A program made the position numbers and the translations under genes. Positions 29,969-38,616 of a stretch of 64,000 nt of DNA are shown here, one piece after another. This DNA is from Patescibacteria group bacterium (GTDB lineage Bacteria > Patescibacteriota > Microgenomatia > UBA10105 > UBA927). Below the pieces are notes generated by a model. That model was not told the DNA's origin. It worked only from the letters and a program-made list of their open reading frames with translations, and made no database searches. The stretch is from the NCBI GenBank assembly GCA_035510735.1, contig DATKGN010000006.1, positions 65,429-129,428 on the forward strand, given 5' to 3'. Position 1 is the stretch's first letter, and each line of letters begins with the position of its first letter.

Positions 29969-32326
29969 GTGAAGAAAATTCTCCCATTTATTACTCTTAT
30001 ACTGTCATATTTAATAACTGTTTCTCCAGTTTTTGCTATTTCAACATTTACTAGATACCCTCAAAATCCAATTCTCCAATCTATCGGATTAAACCCCGTA
30101 ATCATAAATAAAGACGGTCAATATAAAATGTGGTACAACGTAAATTATGGTCAAGGCTGGAGAATAAACTACGCTTATTCAGAAAATGGAATTAACAATT
30201 GGACAATACCATATCAACAAATTATACCCGTTGGGTCCCCAGATGGGTTTGAAAAAGACATGGCGGATTTTTATGTACTATTTAACACTTCACTCAACGA
30301 ATATCAAATGTGGTATTCCGCTATTAGTCAAAACTGGCAAAGCGGACCAGATCGTTTTAGGTTGGGTTATGCAACATCGATTGACGGAATAAATTGGACT
30401 AAAAGTGCTGATTGGGCTTTAAAAGGAACTTTAGGTTCATGGGATAGCGGAGGGATGGCGAGAGGTGTTTCAGTTGTTTTTAAAGATAATAAATACCAAA
30501 TGTGGTATTCAGCCACAGATGACGGCTTTAATTGGAAAATAGGCTATGCAACCTCGTCTGATGGTGCAAGCTGGACAAAACAAAATACACTTAATCCAAT
30601 AATAATCCCAAGTGAACCTTGGGAACTAAACGGCGTTAGCTATCCAAACGTAATTTACAATAGCGGATTATATGAAATGTTCTATGCAGCAAGTCCAACT
30701 GAAATGCCTTCCCAACTTATTTATGCCACATCTATTGATGGTATAAATTGGAATAAGTCTTACAATAATCCAATTGTTAAAGGAATAGATACCTATGACA
30801 ATACTTTTATAAGTACACCATTCGCAATGCGATTAGAAAATGGCACTACTCTATTATGGTACACCGGAAACGGATATTATATTTTGCTCGATACCGACGG
30901 TCCGATACCCACCGCCATCCCCACTCCCACCCCTACTCCCACTCCCACCTCTCCCCCCAATCCCACACCATCCCCATCACCCACACCGACTCCAACCCCC
31001 ACGCCAACGCCGACGCCAATCCCACAAACGACAAAACAAGTTATTGTCATCCCGGGAATGACAGCGGGTTGGAATGCAAAAGATATAGTCTTTTGTACAG
31101 CCACACCGAATGCATCATGGTCTCTCATTGATCCGGCTAATGACGTTTATAACCCTATTCTTCAACGATTAAAAAACGACGGCTGGCAGGCAACATTATT
31201 TCCGTACGACTGGCGAAAGCGCGTTTCAGATAACGCTAGTCTTTTGAAATCGTTCATCGATTCTCATGTAAAACCCGGAGAAAAAGTCGACGTTGTTGCC
31301 CACAGTATGGGCGGGCTCGTCGCAAGAAGTTATTTGGAACAGGAAACAACAAATAATAAGATTGACAAACTCATAACCGTGGGGACGCCACACAAGGGAT
31401 CTGTAGATTCATATCCCACATGGTCAGCTGGAGTACCCCCAGAAGACGGCGGTCCGCTATGGAAATTCTATGTATTAGCGATTGAAAAGTTGTGCTGGAC
31501 AAAAACACGAAATGACCGGATTGCCATCCAAACATATTTTCCTTCAATTCAGGATTTACTCCCGACATTTGATTATTTAATAGATAATCAAACCAACAAA
31601 TCAAAACCAGTACAATTAATGACAGCCAAAAACCAGTGGTTATTAAATTCGACGTTCGCTCCTCCATATTATGGCACCACAATGGGTACACTTTCAGGCA
31701 CCGGTCAAAATACGGAGCAGACATTCAGGGTTGAACCTCCAAGCCAAACAGACAAGCAATTAGGCAATTGGCAGGACGGCAAACCGGTTAAAATCATAAC
31801 AACAACAAATGGTGACAACAGGGTTCTCCTAGCAAGCAGTACGCTACCTCAAGCCAATAACTTGGGACCAATTGACGAGGATCACACAAATCTTATATCG
31901 TCCCGCGATAGCATAAACATAATTATGGACTTTCTAAGAGGCCCCAAAATGGCGCAGGCAATGATGCTTACGACTCCGCTGACCCAAACCACTCCGAAGT
32001 CGCACAAACAAGAGTCTACATCTCCTACTTCAGGACTCTTTATAGTTGGCTATCCGGCAACACTTTGGGTTATCGATCCTCACGGCAAATTTTACAAAGA
32101 CACGGACGGTTTGGTTTCGATCATGGACCCCAAAGCCGGCCTTTATAAACTTATTTTCTGGCCGAAAGAAAAGGAAACTAAATTAATTGTCGCCCAGATG
32201 CTTGCTGATAACAAAAATTATTGGAAGGAATATGATTTCACGACACGCTTCCCACAATTCCATGCGCCACAAATTCATTTTTTGATGTTCGACAACAAGC
32301 ATCCGAAAGAAGATATCCTCCATTAA
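29969..32326 (+). CDS. Secreted glycosidase-like beta-propeller + Pro/Thr linker + alpha/beta hydrolase (lipase/acyltransferase-like)
   Basis: Signal peptide; repeated YxMWY...IGYATSxDGxxWTK blades; PT linker; FPYDWR, AHSMGG, GTPHKGS, GDNRV, H. Confidence 0.8.
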   Translation: MKKILPFITLILSYLITVSPVFAISTFTRYPQNPILQSIGLNPVIINKDGQYKMWYNVNYGQGWRINYAYSENGINNWTIPYQQIIPVGSPDGFEKDMADFYVLFNTSLNEYQMWYSAISQNWQSGPDRFRLGYATSIDGINWTKSADWALKGTLGSWDSGGMARGVSVVFKDNKYQMWYSATDDGFNWKIGYATSSDGASWTKQNTLNPIIIPSEPWELNGVSYPNVIYNSGLYEMFYAASPTEMPSQLIYATSIDGINWNKSYNNPIVKGIDTYDNTFISTPFAMRLENGTTLLWYTGNGYYILLDTDGPIPTAIPTPTPTPTPTSPPNPTPSPSPTPTPTPTPTPTPIPQTTKQVIVIPGMTAGWNAKDIVFCTATPNASWSLIDPANDVYNPILQRLKNDGWQATLFPYDWRKRVSDNASLLKSFIDSHVKPGEKVDVVAHSMGGLVARSYLEQETTNNKIDKLITVGTPHKGSVDSYPTWSAGVPPEDGGPLWKFYVLAIEKLCWTKTRNDRIAIQTYFPSIQDLLPTFDYLIDNQTNKSKPVQLMTAKNQWLLNSTFAPPYYGTTMGTLSGTGQNTEQTFRVEPPSQTDKQLGNWQDGKPVKIITTTNGDNRVLLASSTLPQANNLGPIDEDHTNLISSRDSINIIMDFLRGPKMAQAMMLTTPLTQTTPKSHKQESTSPTSGLFIVGYPATLWVIDPHGKFYKDTDGLVSIMDPKAGLYKLIFWPKEKETKLIVAQMLADNKNYWKEYDFTTRFPQFHAPQIHFLMFDNKHPKEDILH
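30901..31025 (+). repeat. Low-complexity (PT)n linker-coding repeat
   Basis: C-rich hexamer repeats encoding PIPTAIPTPTPTPTP... Confidence 0.85.
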
Positions 32327-32331
32327 ATTCT

Positions 32332-32682
32332 CTATTCTCCTGGATTTCCTATAATAGTTAACATAAATTGAGGAATATTATTTGTTATAGAAAATATAGT
32401 AACAGACAAAAACGATAATACTAGTGATAGTGGACCCATAAAAATAAAAACCCAATAGTTTAACTTACGTTGAAGTATAAAACAAAATATTACATATAGT
32501 AGCAACAGTAAAACATAATAAACAGCAGAAATTTTTGCATACATGTAAGAATATACTGCAATCAAAATGACCAATGAAACTAAAATATTGTCTGATTCGA
32601 AATAATTAGGATAATGGAAAATAAACCATGGAGTTTTTATTAATAAAAATATTATGATCGGCCAGACAAACAGTTTCCACAT
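32332..32682 (-). CDS. Small AT-rich membrane protein, hypothetical
   Basis: 116 aa, about 3-4 TM segments, very AT-rich. Confidence 0.6.
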   Translation of the reverse strand: MWKLFVWPIIIFLLIKTPWFIFHYPNYFESDNILVSLVILIAVYSYMYAKISAVYYVLLLLLYVIFCFILQRKLNYWVFIFMGPLSLVLSFLSVTIFSITNNIPQFMLTIIGNPGE

Positions 32683-32791
32683 AAATAACCGAACTTATGG
32701 ACGTTTCAATGTCTATTATATGCCCTTTTTGTTGTCAAGGTGAAAAACTGGGATCGCATCTCTGAAGACATATTGCATTAACACAAATCTA

Positions 32792-32812
32792 TGAGCGGTA
32801 TAGGAATCGGAC
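32792..32812 (-). repeat. Copy of the tRNA-Val 3' end (att-like)
   Basis: TGAGCGGTATAGGAATCGGAC versus 33898-33918 TGGGCGGTATAGGAATCGGAC (20/21). Confidence 0.88.
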
Positions 32813-32818
32813 TCAGGT

Positions 32819-33778
32819 TTAAAACATAAATGCCGCTACCTCTTGTTCGTTTAATGGCCCCTGCATAGCATCAGGACTATCTGTTCCGGGGACCACATCA
32901 TAGGCATCTAACTTTATATGTATAGGTACGGCATACCGAAGTTCATCTGTTGCCGATGAATAATGCACAAATACGGGTTTTGGTTCCAAACATAATGTCG
33001 TGACCTCAACATGTCCGTCATCTCGTTTCGCTACTTTCCTCATTACCAATGAGTTTACATCGTTTGATACATCTCTATCATATAAAACAAGATAAGAAAC
33101 CGATGGTAATACAAGCTCAGTATGATAATGACTTTCCGTTACCTGAAAATGACCGTAGCTGTTGTAAAATCCCCTATCGCTACCGCGAAATACGAAATTT
33201 GGATGTAAGATTAAGTAGCTTTCTTTCCCTGGGTTTTCTTCTACAAACGGAATTTCATTTCGCAAACCTACACACGCGTTGTTAGGATATTTTTTTCGCA
33301 ACTTCTTTTCCTCGGACGAATCGTTATAACGTGCCTTCAGATACTTAATGGTTCCCGTGTCAACAAATATTGCGCGTAATGCTGACATCCGCAGCCTTTT
33401 GGCATCAGGATGGTCAAATTTCGAATACCGGTTTTCTCTATCAACTTTATACACAGAAGGGCTTGCAATATGCCAAAAAATCTGGTCTATGAGAATCGAC
33501 TGTGTGACGGGAATAATTTCCGCGTTCGTAAGCATTTCCCTGCCACTCACTAAACCGAGATTATCGCGCACAAATGCGTCAGCGTTTTCAAATATCTCAA
33601 GCCATTGGTTTCCTTTTTCCAGATATTCACCAATATCGCGTTTGTCTAAGTGTCGTGGCAAAAATCCGGACGTAACCATTCGGAATATCTCTTTCGTGAG
33701 CCTCCCCCGATCAAATCCGGCAGATAATGAGTCTATAAACTCTCCTTGTTCTTTTCCAGACGGCAATCCAGTATACAT
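32819..33778 (-). CDS. Orphan hypothetical protein (319 aa) carried in the tRNA-Val 3' islet
   Basis: Long ORF with TATAAT 9 nt upstream; no recognised motif; stop lies 6 nt from the att copy. Confidence 0.75.
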   Translation of the reverse strand: MYTGLPSGKEQGEFIDSLSAGFDRGRLTKEIFRMVTSGFLPRHLDKRDIGEYLEKGNQWLEIFENADAFVRDNLGLVSGREMLTNAEIIPVTQSILIDQIFWHIASPSVYKVDRENRYSKFDHPDAKRLRMSALRAIFVDTGTIKYLKARYNDSSEEKKLRKKYPNNACVGLRNEIPFVEENPGKESYLILHPNFVFRGSDRGFYNSYGHFQVTESHYHTELVLPSVSYLVLYDRDVSNDVNSLVMRKVAKRDDGHVEVTTLCLEPKPVFVHYSSATDELRYAVPIHIKLDAYDVVPGTDSPDAMQGPLNEQEVAAFMF

Positions 33779-33897
33779 AGAGATCGTATTATATCCTATA
33801 GGTCATAATTTATCTAATGTACGTTCCTGGTAAATCGTATGATCTGAAGCGAATGCGGCGTGAGAGTGGTAGGACAATAATATTCTTAGACGTATTG

Positions 33898-33970
33898 TGG
33901 GCGGTATAGGAATCGGACCTATGACCTTTTCAATGTCAATGAAACGCTCTACCAGCTGAGCTAACCGCCC
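33898..33970 (-). tRNA. tRNA-Val(GAC)
   Basis: GGGCGGT/ACCGCCC acceptor stem, TTTCA-TT GAC AT-TGAAA; atypical T-loop TCCGATT. Confidence 0.93.
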
Positions 33971-34209
33971 TATATTCTATTTTTCAAAAATCCTCTACCA
34001 AAACCCGTCTTAAAGTATTTTTCCCTAAGCTGAGCCTTCTTTTTAGTCACACATGCTTCGTAATATACAAGCTCTAAAGGTTTTCTATGTTTGGTAGCTT
34101 CAACATCTCCAGAATTATGTTCTTTTAATCGTCTCTTCAAGTCCGATGTTGAACCAACGTATAATCTCTTATTCTTAGTACTCTTTAAAACATACGTATA
34201 ATAAAACAT
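33970..34209 (-). CDS. Stand-alone GIY-YIG nuclease (UPF0213/Slx1-like)
   Basis: YTYVL...LYVGST.DL.RRL.EHN...LVYYE...A..RE...K; TAG stop overlaps tRNA G1. Confidence 0.92.
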   Translation of the reverse strand: MFYYTYVLKSTKNKRLYVGSTSDLKRRLKEHNSGDVEATKHRKPLELVYYEACVTKKKAQLREKYFKTGFGRGFLKNRI

Positions 34210-34228
34210 TAATAAATACGAGCTAGCT

Positions 34229-34288
34229 GCTCGACGTATAGCTTCGCAATACGCCGAGCCCGACAGTCGTGTATAGCTCGACGTCGGG
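34229..34288. repeat. Two tandem hairpins upstream of the GIY-YIG gene
   Basis: GCTCGACGTAT..ATACGCCGAGC and CCCGAC..GTCGGG; share the internal words GCTCGACGT and GTATAGCT. Confidence 0.75.
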
Positions 34289-34324
34289 AGCTAACCGCCC
34301 TATTGGATGTCCTTGACGATACAT

Positions 34325-34333
34325 ATTATATCA
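34325..34333 (-). promoter_or_regulatory. Extended -10 promoter, probably the original tRNA-Val promoter
   Basis: TG-A-TATAAT about 25 nt upstream of the tRNA 5' fragment. Confidence 0.55.
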
Positions 34334-34367
34334 CCTACACTGGTTTTAAAGGTATATTATATTTTCT

Positions 34368-34934
34368 ATGGATGGCCTCAAACGAATAGTCGCGGCTATT
34401 TTTGATTTTTTACAGGGAATTGTTGTCGTCCTCGCTGTTCTCGTGATGATTTACCTCTTCATCATGTCTCCGCAGGAAGTCAATGGAGCCTCAATGGAGC
34501 CGAATTTTCATAACGGCGAATATATTCTCACCAATAAAATTGAGTATAAATTCCGTGAACCCCATCGCGGCGATGTCATTATTTTCAAATCATGGTCGGA
34601 TAAAAATGTGGATTATATTAAACGGGTCATCGGTCTCCCGGGCGATACCGTACAGCTTAATAACAATGCAATGTATGTAAACGGAGAAAAATTGGATGAG
34701 AACTATCTCGCATCGGATGTCATCATATTCGGCGGATCGTTTTTGCAGGAAGGACAAACCATAACTGTGCCGCCTGATATGTATTTTGTCTGCGGAGATA
34801 ACCGTCCGCACAGCTCAGATTCTAGGGAATTCGGACCCGTCGCAAAGGATGATATCGTGGGAACCGTTATATTCCGGTACTGGCCGTTCTCACAGTTCGG
34901 GACGCTCACCCATCCGGTCTACAACATCAATTAA
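34368..34934 (+). CDS. lepB: Signal peptidase I
   Basis: GASMEPN, RGDVIIF, YIKRVIGLPGD, GDNRPHSSDSR. Confidence 0.95.
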   Translation: MDGLKRIVAAIFDFLQGIVVVLAVLVMIYLFIMSPQEVNGASMEPNFHNGEYILTNKIEYKFREPHRGDVIIFKSWSDKNVDYIKRVIGLPGDTVQLNNNAMYVNGEKLDENYLASDVIIFGGSFLQEGQTITVPPDMYFVCGDNRPHSSDSREFGPVAKDDIVGTVIFRYWPFSQFGTLTHPVYNIN

Positions 34935-35743
34935 TTCTTTCCCATTTTTTCGTGGATTGATTTGAGGATTTTGCTCGTGGTTTCAAGGTTACCGCGGATA
35001 ACGAATACAAGACGCGCTTCCACCTTCGATTGAGTGATTTTTACTAATCCGTTCACGGATGTCGCCAGATCCTTCGCCATGTTATCCAGCTCTTCACTAT
35101 GGATCCGTTCTACCCGGTGGATCGGTTTTTTATCGTATTGAGCCTTAAGCCTTCTCGCTAAATCCTCGGCACGCCGTACTGACGCGCTTTCTGAAAGAAT
35201 CGTCTTATAGGCCTCTACCATGAGGCGCACTTCACCAAGTCCGGCAATCGCCCGTGCGTGTCCTTCAGTAATGGCACCGGAAATCAGCCCATCTTTTATC
35301 GCATCAGGAAGAGCCAAAAGACGCGTAGTATTGGATACATAGGATTCGCTTTTCCCGACACGCTTAGCTATCTCAGAGACCGGCAATCCAAACTCTTCTA
35401 CAAGGCGCTGAAATGCCTGTGCGCGTTCAATTGGGTTCAAATCCTCCCGTTGCACGTTTTCGACAATTGCCATCTCTAGCATGCCTTTCGCGGTCGTTTC
35501 TTTGACGATAACAGGCACGGTCGTGAGTCCGGCGAGTTTCGAAGCCCTCCATCTGCGCTCTCCCGCGATAAGCTGATAACCTGCAGGTGTTTTGGCTACA
35601 ACTAAAGGCTCGATAATGCCGTGTTCTTTGATGGAATTAACGAGTTCTCCGAGACTCTCCGGTGAGATGAGCCCACGGGGCTGCAACGGATTAGCCTGGA
35701 CAACGTCAATGTCGAGATGGAGTACCTGTTGCGTATCAGCCAT
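34931..35743 (-). CDS. parB: ParB/Spo0J partition protein
   Basis: NPLQPR, YQLIAGERRWRA, VENVQREDLNPIE, HTH, GHARA. Confidence 0.93.
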   Translation of the reverse strand: MADTQQVLHLDIDVVQANPLQPRGLISPESLGELVNSIKEHGIIEPLVVAKTPAGYQLIAGERRWRASKLAGLTTVPVIVKETTAKGMLEMAIVENVQREDLNPIERAQAFQRLVEEFGLPVSEIAKRVGKSESYVSNTTRLLALPDAIKDGLISGAITEGHARAIAGLGEVRLMVEAYKTILSESASVRRAEDLARRLKAQYDKKPIHRVERIHSEELDNMAKDLATSVNGLVKITQSKVEARLVFVIRGNLETTSKILKSIHEKMGKN

Positions 35744-35747
35744 GGAT

Positions 35748-36023
35748 TTAGGTTGTTGCGGGCAAGCCTGTCTGCGCAGGTAGAACGGATACAAACTGTT
35801 TTCCTCTGGTTATGCTGAATTTTACTTTCCCTGAAACGGTTGCAAATATCGTATAGTCACGACCCATATTCACTCCGTCGCCGGGAAATACTTTTGTCCC
35901 TTTTTGACGAACAATAATATTACCCGGAATCGCGTACTGGCCGCCATAAATTTTAATGCCCAGCCGTTTGGATACTGAATCTTTATTTCCTGCTGCTGTT
36001 CCGCCTGCCTTTACGTGTGCCAT
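35748..36023 (-). CDS. rpmA: 50S ribosomal protein L27
   Basis: MAHVKAGG..NKDS.SKRLGIK, GNIIVRQKGT, GRDYTIFA. Confidence 0.96.
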   Translation of the reverse strand: MAHVKAGGTAAGNKDSVSKRLGIKIYGGQYAIPGNIIVRQKGTKVFPGDGVNMGRDYTIFATVSGKVKFSITRGKQFVSVLPAQTGLPATT

Positions 36024-36024
36024 A

Positions 36025-37197
36025 TTAGTTTTTCTTTTGCAAAATATAAAACTGACGTTTTACGATTGCCTGCGGCCGACTGTATTCTATCGGTCCATCC
36101 ACGATAGTATATCCGAGGTTTTCACACATGTCAACAACTTTTTTCACGAAGTACACTCTGCCCAAAACAGCATATGCGGGCAGCGCAATAACGATCCTGC
36201 CATTTTCCTTCAAAATTTTATGCCAATCACGAAGGCAGCCTATATACAGTTTTTCTAAGCCTTTGATAATATTTTTTATCTTTTGACTGTCCAACGTCTT
36301 TTGATTCGCGATGCTTGTAGCACCCATGAATGGTTCTGTAACGATGGCATCAACGGAATTTGCGACGATATGCTCCGATATATGAACGGCATCCGCCGTA
36401 ACACAAGCGCCGATTGAGCCTCTGGTGCCAGGGAATAGTTGTACCAACCAATCCAAATTCTTCTTGGCGCGGTCAACAATATCGGCTGATACATCCGACC
36501 CCATAACACTCCATGAGGTCATATATGCTTCCGCAAGGATCGTTCCCATCCCGCAAAACGGATCAAGAAGCACCGGGTGAAAATCTTGGTTTAGTGACTT
36601 CGTGTTCGTTGGGTGCGGATACGCAATATTCACAATCATCCGTGCCACCTTCGGCGGCAGCATCCCGGCTTTGGCATCTGCATAGGGCCGTCCGTAATCG
36701 CGAGTATTCCATTCTTCAAATGGCTGTACAGCCAATGTAGTCCCAACAATATAGGATTCATTGTGTTTGACCACAACGACCTCCTGTACATTTCCTTTAT
36801 CAATAACGACCGTCGAGAGCGCATTTCCATGAGCGGGCGTAACGTAGCGCGTTCGGACAGCCTGCTGTTCAAGCAACTCTTTTGTGCGCGCTGTCAGCGT
36901 TTTTACGGAGAGGTCAAAACCGTAAATGCTAAAGCCGAATGTCACTGATTTAACCCGCGTATCAATAAAAGATATAACGGACTCGGGAGTCACTTCGGAA
37001 ACCTGACCAACAACGCGTGCTATTTTAACTGCTCCGCCTAATTTACCCATCAATTGACCGGCATCGATTTTTTCCTCCGATTCTATTTGAGCAATTTCTT
37101 CGGTCAATACGTTCACATCGGGAAAAAAAGTCTGAAGCTCTCGGAGTGCCAACTGCGGCGTTCGTCCGAAGATGACAATATAGCGTTCTCTCGCCAT
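36025..37197 (-). CDS. Trm11/UPF0020-like RNA methyltransferase
   Basis: GMLPPKVARMIVN, LDPFCGMGTILAEA, GSDV, DAIVTEP. Confidence 0.78.
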   Translation of the reverse strand: MARERYIVIFGRTPQLALRELQTFFPDVNVLTEEIAQIESEEKIDAGQLMGKLGGAVKIARVVGQVSEVTPESVISFIDTRVKSVTFGFSIYGFDLSVKTLTARTKELLEQQAVRTRYVTPAHGNALSTVVIDKGNVQEVVVVKHNESYIVGTTLAVQPFEEWNTRDYGRPYADAKAGMLPPKVARMIVNIAYPHPTNTKSLNQDFHPVLLDPFCGMGTILAEAYMTSWSVMGSDVSADIVDRAKKNLDWLVQLFPGTRGSIGACVTADAVHISEHIVANSVDAIVTEPFMGATSIANQKTLDSQKIKNIIKGLEKLYIGCLRDWHKILKENGRIVIALPAYAVLGRVYFVKKVVDMCENLGYTIVDGPIEYSRPQAIVKRQFYILQKKN

Positions 37198-37200
37198 GAA

Positions 37201-37509
37201 TTAAACAATCGCAACAATTTCAAGCCGAGTAAGCTGTGCACGAAAACCCATCTGACGACGGTAGCGTACCTTCTGCTTATAACGTCGGATTTCAATTTTA
37301 TCTCCCTGTTCCTGGGCGAGAATTTTGGCCTTAACCGTTGATCCCTTCACGAGCGGTGTCCCGATATGGGTTTTTGTGCCTTCACTTGTCAATAAAACAT
37401 GGTCAAAATCTACCGTTTCGCCGGCCGATCCGTCGATTTTATCGACAAGGATAACGTCGCCAACTGTAACTTTATATTGCTTCCCTGAAATCGTAACTAT
37501 CGCTAACAT
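37201..37509 (-). CDS. rplU: 50S ribosomal protein L21
   Basis: AIVTISGKQYKV, IGTPLV.G..V.A, YRRQMGFR. Confidence 0.95.
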   Translation of the reverse strand: MLAIVTISGKQYKVTVGDVILVDKIDGSAGETVDFDHVLLTSEGTKTHIGTPLVKGSTVKAKILAQEQGDKIEIRRYKQKVRYRRQMGFRAQLTRLEIVAIV

Positions 37510-37533
37510 ATGCTCCGTATTGTATCAAGAGAT

Positions 37534-38616
37534 TTACCCGATTGCAATGGTGGACTCATCCGTTCTCCCCCGTTCCAGTGCCCATAAAAATCCGAATGCA
37601 ATCGATGAAGAAAGTATTGAACTGCCGCCGTATGAGATAAACGGCAGAGTAATACCCGTAATCGGAATAAGCCCCATATTCATGCCGGTGTTTATAAAAA
37701 TCTGAGAGAGGAGCATGGAAAAAAGCCCGAGTGAATAGACAAAAATTCCGGCCTCCTGACGGATTCCGCGAAAATACGGCTGGATAATACGGAACAGAAG
37801 CGCGATATAGCCAGCAAATACCATAATACCGCCCGCAAACCCCAACTCTTCAATAAGTGAGGCAAAAATAAAATCGGTATGATACTCCGGTAAAAACCGT
37901 AAATGACTCTGAGTCCCGCGCCCCAGACCGCGGCCGAACAACTGCCCGCTCCCGACGGCGATCATCGCCTGAAGCGCATTGTATCCCGCTCCTTTGGGAT
38001 CGATAGCGGGATTAAGGAACGTCAAAATGCGTTGTTTTTGGTATGGTAAGAGCACAAACCACGCGCCGGGGAGAAGAAGTGCCATACACAATATAACGGT
38101 TAACAAAATGGACATCGGCAACCCTCCCGCCAAAAGCATCGCCAGCCAAAAACAACTATAGACAATACTGCTGCCTAAGTCTGGTTGCTTAAAAACCAAT
38201 ATAAATGGTATGAGGAATAAAATAATATGGAGGGGTAAATTCTGAAGCTTCCTGGGGCTGTAACGAATGATAAAATAGGTAAATGCCAAGAGGAATAACG
38301 GTTTTGCAAGTTCCGACGGCTGAAATTGTGCACTCCCGAGGGCGATCCACCGAGTTGCGCCGCGGATATTCGGTCCGATATACGATAATGCCAGAAATAA
38401 TATTCCGATTACATATCCAATCGGCGCAAACCATCTGATCACGAGCGCATCAATTCGGGAACAAAGAAAAAGAAAAAGAAATCCGACAAATAAATACGCT
38501 AATTGCTGGAAGAATAAGGCTTTACTTACCGTGAGAAGTAAGAATAATCCGAAACAACCCAAATATATCAGAAGGAGTACGATTACCCAGTCGATAGTTG
38601 CAAAGAATTTCCCCAT
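37534..38616 (-). CDS. rodA: SEDS peptidoglycan glycosyltransferase RodA
   Basis: GATRWI, QPSELAK, QPDLG, YQKQRI, GSGQLFGRG, FLPEYHTDFIF, GITLPFISYGGSS. Confidence 0.9.
   Translation of the reverse strand: MGKFFATIDWVIVLLLIYLGCFGLFLLLTVSKALFFQQLAYLFVGFLFLFLCSRIDALVIRWFAPIGYVIGILFLALSYIGPNIRGATRWIALGSAQFQPSELAKPLFLLAFTYFIIRYSPRKLQNLPLHIILFLIPFILVFKQPDLGSSIVYSCFWLAMLLAGGLPMSILLTVILCMALLLPGAWFVLLPYQKQRILTFLNPAIDPKGAGYNALQAMIAVGSGQLFGRGLGRGTQSHLRFLPEYHTDFIFASLIEELGFAGGIMVFAGYIALLFRIIQPYFRGIRQEAGIFVYSLGLFSMLLSQIFINTGMNMGLIPITGITLPFISYGGSSILSSSIAFGFLWALERGRTDESTIAIG

Larger units (their letters stand above)
33958..34303 (-). mobile_element. Putative GIY-YIG mini-element inserted at the tRNA-Val 5' end
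   Basis: Exact 16-bp direct repeat GAGCTAACCGCCCTAT at 33958-33973 and 34288-34303 flanking a nuclease gene and two hairpins. Confidence 0.7.

Noticed and set aside
30901-31025. C-rich tandem repeat as CRISPR or contingency locus
   Set aside because: Codon-degenerate PT linker; no repeat-spacer pattern and no cas genes in the window
33958-34303. Group I intron or split tRNA explanation for the GIY-YIG cassette
   Set aside because: The tRNA is intact and contiguous, and there is no room for an intron catalytic core
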